This document shows positions 39,900 through 54,200 of a stretch of 64,000 nucleotides of DNA, piece by piece; position 1 is the stretch's first letter, and each line of letters begins with the position of its first letter. The notes below the pieces were generated by a model that worked only from the letters and a program-made list of their open reading frames with translations, searched no databases and was not told the origin of the DNA. The position numbers were made by a program, and so were the translations under genes. The stretch lies in assembly GCA_050084985.1 (NCBI GenBank), contig JBITNC010000002.1, positions 4,526,001 through 4,590,000 on the forward strand. Direction: 5' to 3'. This DNA is from Nageia nagi (taxonomy: Eukaryota > Plantae > Pinophyta).

Positions 39900-42800
39900 A
39901 ATCAAGGTCCCTCTAGTTAAATATTGATGACCAAAACACCAACTTCTTCCATGTCAACATATAAGAGCTATAATAAATTAACATAAATTGTAAAGAATGA
40001 TGGTACCCTACCTAAGGATGTAATGAAAATTCAATTTGAATCAATCAAATTTTTCAAACTTTGATAGGATCCAAAGATATAAAGGAGTAAGGGCCACTAC
40101 CAGCCCTTTCAGCAATATTCCAAATATTATCTTTGAAGACATAAATGCCTACCTCACTAGCAACTTTAAAGAGGATGTTAAGGAGGCTATCTTCTCAATG
40201 GTTAGACAAAAAATGTTAGGTTCAGATGACTTCTCAACAATCTTTACCAAAAATATTGATATTTCATTAAGAAAGACATGGTGGCAACCATTGGTGATGT
40301 ATAGAAAAGCTTTCCCTTACCATGTGATGTGAACTCAACTTCCCTAGATCTCATTCCCAATATGGCAAGAGAAAACAACTTCAAATATTCTTGACCCATC
40401 AATCTCTCTGTAATACCCTTTACAAAATCTCAACCAAGACGATGGCAAACAGGATCAAGGTAATACTACCTTTCACCATATAACCCAACCAAGATGTCTC
40501 TATGAAAGGAAGATAAATTCTTGATGATATCATCATAATCCAAGAAACCATTCAGTCAGTGGAAAAAATTGGTAAAGGAGGACTCTTTCTAAACTATACA
40601 TGAACAAAGCTTATGATAAGGTTTCCTAGGATTTCCTTCCCAAAGTCATGGAAAGGTTCAATTTTCATCAGGATTAGATCAAGCTCATAAGAGAATGCAT
40701 CTCTATAGAAATGTTCTCATTCTTGGTCAATAGAGCAGAAACATGATTTTCAAGAATTCCAAGGGTTGACAAACCCCTTCTCTCTCCCTACATATTCAGT
40801 ATTCTAGTAGAGTCTCTAGGGAGAACCTTAGGAGTTGCCACCTCTAGAGGGATAATTGATGGGATTCACCCTACAATAAATTTGACCTTCCATTAACAAT
40901 TCAATAGCTCAAAAAGATAATTTTTTTGATTGTATGAATAATGCACGGATAAATTGAACATAGGATCAAATATTGCTAATTTTTGCTTTATATTGAAAAT
41001 TTTTGAAGTAACACTAACAAGATAATTCCTAAACAACCAAGATCACATGAAAGCTCTCAATTCACATCTAACTATCACACAAAGCAATCTCACAAAGATA
41101 ACATAAAATGTAAGTGGTTCCTCTAACTAGATCTTTACTTTAATCACAAATATAACTCTCTTACAATCCTCCTAATCTCAACTCCTAAACACTATCCTCT
41201 AGCACAACTTTACTCCACAAATTGGTGTGTGATCACAAAGAGGTAGCCTTCTATTTATAGGCTAAAATCCCTCTTTGGATCACCCTTTTATCCAATGTAC
41301 AAAAGCATGACATGCACATCTTTTTACCCAAGGGGCATGCTCATGACATGGAGTGTAGGATAAGTTACATTATCATATTCACTTAAATACTTAAGGTATC
41401 AAATGATACCCTTAAGTATTAGTGAACTTACATAGAAGATTATTACAAAACCTTTACAATAATGCATTATACATTCCAACAATTTTATGGTAAATGGCAA
41501 TGTTATTTCATTGCGATATGATGCAAAGTATTATAGATGATTGTTAATTGAATACTTTTTCAATTTCTACATCTGATTTGATAATTTCCATGTCGCCAGC
41601 AACGTGCAATTACTATAAATCCTTTACAATTGGGCATACTAAAATTTTGTTGAATATCTTCTTATTGATGCAATTATTTCATGCATATGCAATGGTTTAC
41701 TGATATTGAGCAAAATTGTTGAAGACATGATTGCAAAATTTTAGCCATACCATGCTGCACCATCTTGGTCACCATCTCCTCAATCTCACATGCAAGAGAT
41801 ATTAAGTAGATTATACAAACCTATAGGAAAGTGGTGAGGAATAAGGTGAACTTCCTAAAAAGGAAAATGTTATTTTTGAACACACATAAGTGCTTAGGAG
41901 AAATATCTCGAATCTTCGATGCAAGATTTTGAAATTCCCTTCCATCTATCTTAGAATTCCATTTTTTAAGGGACATGAATGAAAATTTGTAGAATACTTT
42001 TTTTGAACAATTCCAAAGAAAACTAGCAAAATTAAAATGAGCACTTCTAAGCCAAGCAAGGAAGGTCGAGTTGGTCATATCTAGCTTGTAGAGAATTCTA
42101 GTCTACTTTTGTTTTTATTTAAAATGCCAACAATTTATCAAAAAAATGAACAATTGTAGAAGGCTTGCCTTTAATCAAGTGTTAAGGATAATAGAATGAT
42201 CCCTTTGGTGGCATGGGAGCATGTCTACTCAAGAAAAGAGGTGGAGACCTTGGTTTCATAAGCTTAAGATAAATGAATCTAGCTCTCATGTCGAAGAAAA
42301 TGTGGAAGAATAAATAAGGTGAGGAAGTTGGGTGGGTTAGGATCCTTGAGGTGAAATACATTAGACATGTGTGATCCTTCTGAGGGAACCCTCCCCCATG
42401 TGTGGTTCCTCTTCTTGGGACAATCTTTAAGGATCCTTCCCCTTGCATATGGTTAAAATTCAAAATCAATATAGTAGCTAAGGACAACCTAAGAACATCT
42501 AGGACAAGAGGAGTAATAGGGAATGAGAAAAAAGAAGTCCTTGCCTACGTTGAGAACTTATGAACCCAAACCAATCATTTTGTGGAAGAAATACTCCGTT
42601 TTAAAATAGCTAATCTTTTAGGAAGAATGAATTGTTATAGGGTTACTATTGAAGGAGACTCCCTTAACATTGCCAATATCTTTAAAGGATCGCAGCCTCC
42701 AATTTGGAACATTGAAAACCTCATTGAAGAGGAAAAGCAAAACATCTTGCAACTTAAGGAATCTCAAGTATTCATGTGTATAAAGAAGGTAATGGGACAG

Positions 42801-42920
42801 CTGAAATTATGGCAAACCTTGGGATAACTTAAGAAGATCTCCCAATCTAGATGGAAAATTTTCCCCAATATCTCCTTTGCCTCACCTATAAAGGTATAAA
42901 TAATGTATCTCTTTAAAATA
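39900..42920 (+). mobile_element. Decayed plant L1 LINE ORF2 (RT and RNase H), interrupted at ~40890-41780
   Basis: DQNTNFFH, GSDDF (GPDGF), NTLYKISTKTMANRIK, MNKAYDKVS, a GGLG-type motif near 42240, and RNase H VTIEGDSLNI. Confidence 0.8.
40991..41481 (-). mobile_element. Probable solo LTR inside the L1 interruption
   Basis: T(A)TTGAAA...TTCCAACA termini and a reverse TATA box CTATTTATAG at 41252. TSD only approximate. Confidence 0.45.
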
Positions 42921-43379
42921 AGTTGATTCGTCCCTTCCAAGATTATATTGTTAAGAGGAGGTTCTATACAAGATGTGGACTAGAATGAGGATCTCCTGAA
43001 GGAAAAGATGGATGGGAATAGGAACTAACCCAACCATAGCACCTCCTTAGACTGGGAATAGTGATGCTAATACTACTATTGGTGTCGCTCCTCGCACCAG
43101 ACACATAACTACCCTATGCTTGTCTAAACCTTTATACATCCCACATGTGCTTTTCTGGATGGCATTTCCTTAGCCTTCAAACTCAATCCTGAATGGAAAC
43201 CAATCTACAACAAAACCTATCCCAAATTCAACTTCCTTAAAGACATCTTAACCTACAAATATGATCCCAACTAATAATCAAACTCTAAATTAGGCTCCTT
43301 GCATAATAGGTCACTCTCACCAAATTCTCCTCTGCATTTTTGCACCAGTGTGGAGAATTCAAAACTCAAAATGTGTTAT

Positions 43380-46050
43380 ATCTCCCACAATAAGCACTTG
43401 TCAAAATTGTAGAAATCAAATCAACTTCTAATGAATCAAGTAATATCCCTCCTCTCAACAAACTTAGAGCAATCAACCTTGATCTTATCACTCTGGAAAC
43501 AGTTGACTGAGCATGACATCTAGCTTAAGATTATAAACATCTCCTCTCTTACTACAAAGATAGCCACATTGCAAGTTGAACTCTCCATTAAACCAACAAG
43601 TAATATATTACAACAAGAAATATATTCTCTTCAAAGTGAGATAATAACAATGATAGTTTCGCTAAATAGATATAGGTGCAGAGCTCTTCTTAGACAGATG
43701 AAGTCCATATCAAAGAAGCTTGCACTACTCATTATGACAATAGTCAATGAAAAATTTGAAGAGAGTGTTAAGAGTATTATTTTATTTATTACCTGGTTAA
43801 GTATCTAGGCTGACATTATCTTAAGTTCACTAGTAGGTGTGTTTAGTTGTCATCTTTATCGAGTTGTTTTAATGTGATGGTCAACATTGTTTTGATCATG
43901 TGACTATTGTTCATTTTGCTTGCTATTTAAGCAAGGTGTACCTTATGTATAATTCATCCATCATTTTATTCTTTGAAAGTAATCTTTTATGCTCTTGTGA
44001 TATTCTTTTGACTCTTGCATCTTTGGTGAGGAACTTTGTTTTTCTAGCTATGTATTTTGTCTTGGCACTTCTCCTATAGCTTGGTCGTGCAAGAAGCAGC
44101 AAGCTATTGCACTATCATCAGGGAAGTAGTCCCTATGAGTTAGAAGGCTTTATGGTTTCGACAGTTGATAGAGGAGTTTGGCTTTCCTCATCATCAAGCT
44201 ACTATTCTTTGGTGTAACAGTCAGAGCGCAATTCATATTTCGCAAAATCTAGTTGAGCACTAGTGCACAAAGCACATTAAGGTGCACATGCATTTCATCC
44301 CATAGTACATCCAAGATTGCATCCTTGGCTTGGAGTACATTCCTACGAAGCAACAAATCGTAGACATCTTCACGAAACCCTTTGCTACACCATGCTTTCT
44401 TTAGTTGCGTGACTTGCTTAAGGTGACAAAAGTTATCGTTGGGGGTGTTGATGAGGACACCTTCCTCTCTACCTTCCTTTCTTTTTGTTTCATCTTCTGG
44501 AAGATGATTTTTTCCCATGTGGTTTTTCATTATCTACACAAAAGAGTTTTTTCATGTTTGTGTTAGCCACTTTGTACATGAGTACCTTATCAAGCCTATT
44601 TGTTGGGACTTGTCTTTTCTCAGCTATCTACACTCCTACCTAATATCACTTAAGTGGGGGTGTGAGTATTATTTTATTTATTACCTAGTTAGGTATCTAG
44701 GTTGACATTATCTTAAGTTCACTAGTAGGTGTGCTTAGTTGTCATCTTTATCGGGTTGTTTTAATCCGATGGTCAACATTGTTTTGATCATGTGGCTATT
44801 GTTCATTTCACTTGCTATTTAAGCAAGGTGTACCTTATGTATAATTAATCCATCATTTTATTATTTGCATGTAATCTTTTATGCTCTTGTGATATTCTTT
44901 CGGCTCTTGCATCCTAGGTGAGGAACTTTGTTTTTCCTCTCTCCTTTCAAAAAGAAGACGACAAAAAGCTCTCAATATTTGTAACACAAGATTAATGCTA
45001 GGTGTTAACCCTTCTAAGACAACCCTACACTTTATCCATCACATATTAAAACTACTAGAGATACTTGTCAACAAGTCTTGACGACAAATGACTCATCCCC
45101 TCTTATGCGCTTGTGCAAAATTGAACATAGTTGTTGCATACTTCGAGCCAAGAAAATACGCTTATCCCTCAAAGATGGCATCTTTATTGATGAGGACGTT
45201 ACTCATATGCAGTCCCAGGAATTAGATTCAACCAAGAAGTTACCAAGGCTAGGAGATTAGATAAATGGATTGTCATTAAAAAAAATTGAGCTTAGATCAG
45301 AGACACTCCCCCTACAACTTGGTCAAAACCTTGGGCACCTACATCCTCTTCTTCAACTACCAAATGACGCTCGATGGAGCCTCCCTCAATGTCTTCATTG
45401 CTTTCAATCTTAGCTTTGTATTGTAATGGTATGCTTTCAATGTCTTCATGACATCATTCATCAGGCATACTTGATACTATTCTCTAAGGCACATGAAAGT
45501 GTGATTAAGGGGGTCCCCCCTTTCACAGGATACACCTGGCTTCCTACATTTAGGACCACAAGTCAGACATGGCACAATAGTCATGGATCAAGAGGAGTTG
45601 TCTTTTTAGTCAACGATCGTGTACTCCTTAGGATTTGTGTAGAGGTTATTGACACCTATGCATGATACATATAGATCTCCCTTGCATGATCCCCACCACT
45701 TAGGTGAGCCTATATTGTTGGATGCTACTTCCCACCAATATCTTCTTGTTATGTCACCCAAGATTCAGGAGAATCTCCATACCTAAACCGTTTCCCAAAG
45801 ATTACCAAATATTTTGTACAAGGTGAGATTTTGCTAATGGGAAACATTAATGGCATGGCATGATAGGGAAACCACAAACTTGGTATTTCAATAATCGTAT
45901 AGAACCACTTCATATACAGGCTCTTGATCAAGCCTTGCAATATCAAAGAGATTCGATAGACTCCAAACCCCCCACAAGCTTTGGCAGATTTCTCCAAGTA
46001 TGGAAAACGACCTGAAGGTTAACAACATCGATGGAGGTGCATAAAAGCTA
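43380..46050 (+). mobile_element. 5' part of a non-L1 LINE (RTEX/CR1-like): ORF1 and APE endonuclease relic
   Basis: Coiled-coil ORF1 ending DGIFIDEDVT. APE-like HESV..G...GSRGVVFLV, GCYFPP and ILLMGNING. Interrupted by the copia element. Confidence 0.6.
43766..44949 (+). mobile_element. Internally deleted Ty1/copia element
   Basis: LTRs at 43766-44044 and 44661-44949; PPT at 44651-44660. RNase H relic 44048-44425: YVFCLGTSPIAWSCKKQQAIALSS...TKHIKVHMHFI...QIVDIFTKP. Confidence 0.9.
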
Positions 46051-46559
46051 ATGACATCGTCAGGTGAGCAGAGCATTTTTAAATAAGAAGATACAAGTTC
46101 CAAAGTCATACTGAGGTGTTTTTGAACCTCAAGAGTTGCATTGTAAGTGAAGAGACGGGGTCTATGGTGATAAATATCCATGAGAGACTAGTAGAGGGGA
46201 CTTTTGAAGAATGTTGATGTGATTTTCTTGCTATTGTTAAGAATTGTAGTTGGAGAGTTGTTGGTAGGAGTTGATCTAGGAGTATAAGAGATTGTTGGGG
46301 TTGTGTTGTGCACGTGGTATCAATTGATGATAGTAGCACTCTGGCCTACTTTAATTGTATGCTTCATATATTGATCAATACATATCAAAGCTCAAGTTTA
46401 AAGTGGATGTTTCTCCACACTAGGGTTTACCACTATAAAAAAACGATGTCATTGGTGTGGGTGCATTCTTTTACTAGTTATATGTTGTTTTGAATAATCT
46501 GTAGTTGCTCATCTTAAGAAACATAGATTAAATTTACATTTAATAAGATTGAAAGCCAT

Positions 46560-47403
46560 ATTTGAGAGACCTAGAAAAAACTTAGTTTACTGGTGATTAT
46601 AGATCACTCCCACCTCTACGATGTCCCCACCCAAAACCCATCCCTCTTCTTAGCTTACATCTACCTCTCGGGTTGAAAATGTTTCTCGGACAGTTACAAG
46701 TTTGCTAACATTAATTTAAGATTGAAACAGACCACCATCTAGCACGAAATTTGCAAATATGTCATTTGTGTTCATTGGAGACTAAGTTTGAAAGCCACGT
46801 TTATCTTTTGATGCTCAACCTACTACGAGATCCAATTATCCGATAATCATTGCCTAGCTCTCTACATCTGAAAGGCCTTCCTTCTGGAGAAGCAACGTTT
46901 ATCTAGCATGCACTATCCAGTAGGGATTTGTTGTATTATATTCTTCTTTCAAGCCTCCCCCATCAAGAATGCCCATAAGAAACAATAGGAAAACCACCCA
47001 CTTCCTACAAATTGCACCAGGAGACATTGACAAGACACAATTAGGAATCGACAAATCTCATCCTTCTCCTCCTCAAGCAACAATACCTTATACACAAACC
47101 GCAATGACCAATGAGATCTTGCCCCAAGAGACAGAGTGCCTACATTGACTACTTTTGGTCACCAGTGGACATTAATCTATATTCTTTCTTTCTTTCTTTT
47201 CTGTTTCTCTCTTTCCTGTTTTGTTGTGCTCTAGTTATGTGATAGTTTGGTTTGGTGGTCAGCCTCTAAGTCTTCAACTCCTTTTTGTAAGGATATTTCG
47301 TCTGTCTTCAGATGTTTTTCCGAGCTTAATTATCAATCTTTCAAGGCCATGTACAAGTTTTGTGGACCCTTCCAAAACCCCTTCTCAAACCTAACCAAAA
47401 AAA
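46560..47403 (+). mobile_element. Probable LINE 3' end with a short A tail
   Basis: Shares TTTTGGTCAC..GTGGACATTAAT with the minus-strand LINE remnant split at 51252/56292. Ends CTAACCAAAAAAA. Confidence 0.45.
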
Positions 47404-48040
47404 GTTATACCCAACAGATAAATAAGGCATTATAATATAGAACCCCTATAATAGAGCCGTAACATTCCAAATACATTTGGGTGGAAAACCATGAAAATAT
47501 AATGAGATTTAAGATGGCACTATCATTTTCCCACAATACAATATTCACTGTTAGATCTTCACTTGTTCAGCAGTCAATTTAAAAATGAGGGACCATGGAT
47601 AATGCCTATTCAAATTCACTTGAAAACTTTAGATACTGCAACTTGAGTTAGTTCACCATAAGAATGGAAGTCACAAATTACCAAGAGGAGAAATCTGTGG
47701 ACACCTTAATGGCATCAAGAATTCTTCATAATGAATAAAGAAATGACTGAATTCCATGGATCAATATCATCATAGCTTCAGCTATTGATTAAATGACTAC
47801 TTCAATGTCAAAAACAATAACTAGTGCCCTCACAATTCATAGCAGGACATGGACACGAAGAAGTTTAAGCTGCAACAATGTGCTTTCTGATATCAAATTG
47901 CTATGAGAAACCTAGCAGCGTTTGTTAGCAGAACTATTGGTATCTCTCCCGTTTTGGTTTCTTCTATGTACAAAACTTACATAGAACTTGATGAGATATT
48001 TGCATCCTCGATACATGTTTGACAAAAACTTCTGTGTGCA

Positions 48041-48238
48041 CTAAGGCCGATACATCGCCAGAGCTTTAGATACTTGACGTCGACAAAATGGACAACGAGC
48101 TACAGCAGAACAACATCTTTGACACAATATATGACCACAAGGAATAACTATTGTATCCACTTCCGAGTTGAGGCAAACTCTGCACAACCAAGCTGTCTTC
48201 GCTGTTTCAGCTTCTTTTGCAGCTGAATCTGCTCTTTC
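48041..48238 (-). CDS. Terminal coding exon of a plant sacsin-like protein (C-terminal C3HC4 RING finger)
   Basis: Intact ERADSAAKEAETAKTAWLCRVCLNSEVDTIVIPCGHILCQRCCSAVARCPFCRRQVSKALAMYRP*, which matches my recollection of the C-terminus of plant sacsin homologues (Arabidopsis At5g23110 type). Phase-0 acceptor TGCAG at 48243-48239. Confidence 0.88.
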   Translation of the reverse strand, partial: ERADSAAKEAETAKTAWLCRVCLNSEVDTIVIPCGHILCQRCCSAVARCPFCRRQVSKALAMYRP

Positions 48239-49360
48239 CTGCATCAGACAACATGAATTTCTTAGAATAAGTGCGATATTAATTTTCGTATCTATTCTAT
48301 GTAATCATAGTCTGACAGAACAATACAAAACAATGAAAGAGCAAGTAAATTGATGGCACGCAATGATAGAGATGAAAAAAACTATTTTCAGGATAGAAGC
48401 AGATTTTGCTGATTGAAAACATAACTGGACAATAAAATTTAAGTAGACTTTTATGCAACCTCAAATTGTCTAGGTGCAACATCATAATCAAATAGATAGC
48501 TTAGCTTAACATAAATATTGTAATTTCAAGTATCCATCTTCTTAATGATGGAAGGCATTTTGAAAATCTTGCCTCCCAAGAGATTTGTCATCGCAGCCAT
48601 GCCTATTTTATGTCTTTTACACCTATCATATGTTGTTCATTTCGAGAAACATTCAGACATACCTTGTTAGTTAGTAGTCAGAATACAACTTTGAACACTA
48701 GACCTTTTGACCAGAAAAACATTCTTTAGCACTTTAAGCTTGAAAACAAATGCAAGTTACAAAGTAGAAAATGCACAAATTTGGAATTTCCAAGCCTAGA
48801 GATGATATGATTTACGCACATGACCAAAATTTAACGCACAAGTAAAATAGAAGGCAAGCATATTCACTAGAAGAGGATCCAATGCACACGGCCCCAAATT
48901 TGGAGCATTGATTCAATAGCCGTGCAAGAAGCAAACTTTAAAATGACACTTATTGATTGGTAAGGGAGTGAGTCCTATGATTCTCATTTTCTAATTTGCA
49001 AGTATGGAGTGATGGCTTATCTTTGTGAGAAGAACCTACATCGAGTCAATAGAAAAACAAGATAAGCATACTGTACGCATTTCCAACTAGCAAACAAATA
49101 AGTGTACTGTTTTCAATAAGAACAGATAAAGATAGAAGTGATTTTTTTAAGAGAAATAAAGAAAGAAGAACATGATGTCCAAAAGTGACCAACAGAGGTC
49201 AATGGTACTTAATAGAAAAAAAGTGGGAAAAAATCATAGTTTAATTCCATAAAGGGGCCCTAAAGTACAAGAATACAAGACTAAAGATTACCCAGCTAAA
49301 GCATGATACAAAATATGTTTGAATACTAAAAATTATCATCAGATATAGCACAAATGTTAT

Positions 49361-49608
49361 CATAGTTGTCAAACTCTCCCTGAGTCTCAAGTACTCCCAA
49401 AGTCGAAGACCCGAGTGGGGTTTGTTGAGCCAAACCAACTTTGACTCCCGAGTTGGATTTTATATATAAATTTTAATTAAAATATTTTTTAAATGAATTA
49501 AAATATATAATTTCCTCAAATCTAACGAAGTTTGTTTTACTGAGTCCCGAGTCCAAGCCCCGTGGGGACCTCGCCAAGTCCAATGCAAATCCGAGTTTTA
49601 CAACTATG
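49361..49608. mobile_element. hAT-family MITE (248 bp)
   Basis: TIR CATAGTTGT(C/A)AAACTC. Perfect 8-bp TSD AATGTTAT (49353-49360, 49609-49616). CCGAG-type subterminal repeats. Confidence 0.92.
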
Positions 49609-49987
49609 AATGTTATACATTTTAAAAAATACTCAAATGCTGCTAAGTAGTAGAAAACTCAGAGTCAACATCAATTGTTCCAAAGCAACCGATACAAGAT
49701 CTGACAATGCTCATCGAGAGTGGTCAGGTCTCAATGGGCTTGGTTGTACTGTCCTACGAGTGTGTGTTTAGTGACCCCTCGAGGCTCTCCAAACTTCACA
49801 GCCTATAAGACCAAAAGAAAAGAAAAAAAAGGTGGGTGATGAGTGCTTAGCAAGAACAGATCTCTCCTATATCGTGGAAAAGAGGATGGTCCTAGAGACT
49901 ATTAAAACCCTCTTAAGGACAAGCACAACCACATAGGTCTATCGAAACCAACAACCAAGATATGAATAGCATCAAAAGCGCACAGTT

Positions 49988-51016
49988 TGTAATGACCCAA
50001 TTTTTGGAAGTTTCTCTTATTTATGATTTTCTGGGAATTCCGTCTTCCAGAAGATAGGAATTGTCAATTCCTCACTTAGAATAGATAGAGAATCTCATGC
50101 CATTCGTTTTGACAGGTTACACGACCTATTTTCATGAAAAAACGAAGATATAGCATATTGAAGTTCACCCGTTGGTCCAATTTACTTATAACGTGAGCGT
50201 GCAGGAAACCAGAATAATTTAGGAATATTTTATTATTTTGTTGTTTTAAGACTGGGTTGGGTCAGCCAACCGGTCATTATGTAATTTGTAATCTCATATT
50301 CACCTATAAAAAGGAGATGAGAGCTTATTTGAAAAACAGGCTTGAATTGATTATCTTGTTTCTCTTGGAGTTTACTCCAAAACCCTAAGTGGACAAAAAC
50401 CTACTTGAGTTAGAGAATTGGGGACAAAAACCCTCAAAGTCCAAGAGGACTCTAGGATGAAAACCCTAGGGTTTCTCCATTGCTATTCACTCCACACCAG
50501 CTGTAGGAGAGGGATTTCGCTTGCTACATCATTGCTCATCATTGGAGGCCATTTGGAGGAGATCTTTGCACTTTTATCTGCTATTTGGAAGTCTTGGGTG
50601 ATGCCCTAGAACTTGTTACAGACATGCACTTATTTCTTGGTTATTATATATGATATTTTGGCTCTCATATTGATTCGATGAATGCTCTTTGCTACTGTTG
50701 TATTGTTATTGATATTTATGAATGAGAATGCTCAAGAATTGAGGTGTTTGGATGCACATTTATGTTACACAACAGATCTGCGTTTGTGCCCTAGTTTGAA
50801 TGATTTTCATAACATGAGCATTATTTATGTTACATGTCAAATCTGGTTTACTAAAGTAACAATTCAATATTCAGTGGATGTTAAGAATTTTTTCAGTGGA
50901 TTGTTTAGATGAGATTAGATTCCCTAAAATCTCAGTTGGGATTCAGATCTGATTTGCACATTAAATTTTCAGTTTTCATGCATGTATCACTGCTATTGTC
51001 TAAGTAGTACATTACA
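49988..51016 (+). mobile_element. Solo LTR (1029 bp)
   Basis: TGTAATG...CATTACA termini, 5-bp TSD CAGTT, TATA box CCTATAAAA at 50303. Confidence 0.92.
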
Positions 51017-51252
51017 CAGTTCCCTAAATAATCAAGACAAGAGGCAAGAAAAGAATTAATCTAGTGGCATTTGAGACCTCTTGCAAAGTTTTTCACTTTC
51101 GACTAATCGCTTCCCAAATGTACAAAGCCAAGCACTTTTGCTTGGGGTAATAAAAGAAGACAAAAAGTGTTCCTGTCGAGTCTCTCCATGAGAAATAATA
51201 CTTCCATCAAATCTCATAGTATATAGATAAGATAATTATATTAATGTCCATG

Positions 51253-54200
51253 TGATTCGTAAAGTTTGATAGCCTATGGCTATCTGAGACTCATCACATA
51301 CGGATTCTACACACTTAAGACTCTAAGCACTTGCGAAAAATTTAAGCAACTATAATAATTCAAAGTTACAAATTTTAATGAGTTGAGAGATAATAAACAT
51401 CACCACAAAAATGAGACACCAATATACCCTCCAAAAGAAGGTTTGATTGAGATCTTGTGTCAAAAACAGCCTCATACTTTACCATTCTCGATAGAACCTT
51501 CACATGAAATAGCTCCTCTCGTTGATGCGATGAAGAAAGGCTCCTTATTCCAAAGCAAGAAATCTTCTCTTCACTATCACCAACTCTCAGAATGGAAATA
51601 CTCCCTCTCTCTCTCTCTATGTGGGTCTTCTTTGCAAATCTTGTAGATTTACACTCAAGATATAGACTCCAGCATCAATTACATAGATGGCCCTCCTTTC
51701 CACAATGATGGCAAAACCTTTTCTTTCTTATCCTTCTTTGCAATGGAAGGATTCCCAATTTTTCCTTTCAACTCATCTTCATTTTTCTTTTCCTTGGAAA
51801 TACTCTTCCTTGACCCATGTGCATTGTGCTCTCTCCTTTCAACAACATGTGATGAAGAAGAAGCAATTAGTTAGAACTAGGCTTATTTTCGCCAACTTGA
51901 GAATGGAATTCAAATCTTAATTAACTCTTCAACTCTTCCATCTTTTTAGCTATATTCTTCAGGATCTACTCCAATTGTGAAACCCTTGATTAAAGCTCAC
52001 CAATTACGATCCTTTCTATCATCATTGTAGACAAAATAGCAAACTTGTCAAAAATAAGTAATCCAAAAATAATAACTTGCTTTTCACCCAAGAAGCTAAA
52101 ATAATGCCCAAATCATGAACTTGCTTTAATACCACGTGACCCATAAAGGTTGGCAGCCTATGGTTGTTCAAGACTCATCACATACGAATTCTATACACTT
52201 AGACTCTTAAGTGCTTGTGGAAAATTTAAGCAACTATAATAATTCAAAATTGCAAATTTTAACGAGTTGAGCGAGATAGTAAAAACATCACCACAAAAAT
52301 AAGACACCAATATACCTTGGAGAAACCCAATGTATGTAAAAAAACTCCAGCAACAAATATTTGCACTATGTGATGAAGAGATGAGTACAATGGCCTTTCT
52401 CCAAAACACTCTCAATGCTGTTGATAGGAACAATAATCTGACTTCCACCTTCAATGGACGAATCGTTGTATTCTCACAACTCTAAGCAACAAGATTTCAA
52501 GTGAGAGTTACACTCACATGAATTCACAATACTACTCACCTGTCTCTTATAGTCAAACAAAATGGAAATGGAATAACAAAAACTCACAATGTTCTCTCTT
52601 AGAACACTAGCTAATTCCTATCTCTCACAAGTATACAAACTTTTCTATGCAATGGCTTCTACAAGCTTACCCAACTTTTAGCGCTCTCAAAATTCTCTCT
52701 CCAATGCTCTCCATATATGACTCCCTTATGGCCTCCTCTTACAGTTTTTTAGAGTGCCATAAAATTACAAATATATAGTTGCAAAGCTTCTTTGGTGTGA
52801 AAAGTTCACACAATGTATACTTTTGTCTTTATCTCTAAAAACACCCAAAAATACCTCTGTACAAAAACAGATGCTACATAAATGATTAATAAACCAAAAT
52901 ACCTCCAAACACCCAAATACCATGCCACAACAATAAATGGATGCCTCAAATCACACAAGGACATGTGGCATAGTCAAAAGGTATGTTGACTAGTCAAAGA
53001 GATTCAAAAAGGGGGCACTCCATTTTTAAATGGAATGCGATGTCATGATGACATCATGGTGGCCCCTTACCTTTCAAACCCTCATGCATTTCCTTTGTTC
53101 CCTGTGCACACATTTTAGGCAATGAGGACCCCACTTAGGCTTGCCACATCATCAATGACTATTGACTATGTACTGTTACCACCATTGTAGTTGTTGATTG
53201 GACGTGGGTCCCACACAGCCAATAAAATATTTATTTTTTTCTTTGAAACTTCAAAAGTTCCTAACTTTTGATCTAGGAGTTGATTTTACGAACCATAAAA
53301 AGTGCCAAAAAGTTGAAGATGAGCTCCTCGACAAGGAATAATACAATATGCCTTCTAAAATATTTCAAACTTGACCATTTTTATACCTTCTGATTTTTAC
53401 CTTCAAAAACTCGAATAGTCATTGGAGTCTTGGTGAAGAGGACTTCAACATAGAGAGATAAAATCAGACTTTTGAAACCTTTTATTTTTGAGGACCCAAA
53501 ATCCTATTTTGGATCACTCGCCCCCTCGTAGGGCTTTTGGTCCCACAAAAACCTATTCAAAGACCAACTGAGGTGAAGGATCCCCCAATAACTTCGACTG
53601 TCATATTTTTTGTCTTCCACCACATACAGACTGCACTAAACAAGATGATGTATCCTTGCAAATAGGATCACAAAAACAATTTTTCTTTTCCAACTATTTT
53701 GTGATTCATTGCTCAATTCCACCATGGAATAATTTCCAAGCCAACTCACCAATGCACAAATAGTTGCAAAGATTTACAAAAGGAGTCCACATCCTTTAGA
53801 AAATTAATTTGAAGCAAACTTCACAAAACATGGACATAGGCAACACTTTTGGAAAGCTCATCTTTTCTTCAATGGCAAAGTTTTCCTCTTTGACCTTCTT
53901 TTGGATCACACAAACCAAAAGAGAAGACTTCCTTTTACTACGATGAAAATGTATCACAATTTGTTTCCCATCCTTGATGAAAAGGTACTTAATATTCATC
54001 CAAATGTAGATTGCCTTTCTATCAAAAAGATAGGAACTACCCAAATACAGTTCCATGTAATCCAAGAGGAACAATGTCTAACAAAACCTCATCTTTAAAA
54101 TCTGAATTGATTGCAAACCACAACTTACACTATCTTGTGACGTGTAGCTCTTCATTTCCACTCGCCCAAAAATAAGGATGAGGATAAGCATGTATCTCCA

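Noticed and set aside
46050-46330. Possible LTR end followed by a TGGTATCA PBS
   Set aside because: The PBS match is only 8 nt, and no partner LTR, TSD or coding relic was found.
48239-48244. ATG start of a stand-alone 67-aa RING protein
   Set aside because: ATGCAG is better read as the intron acceptor; the peptide matches the C-terminus of a much larger protein.
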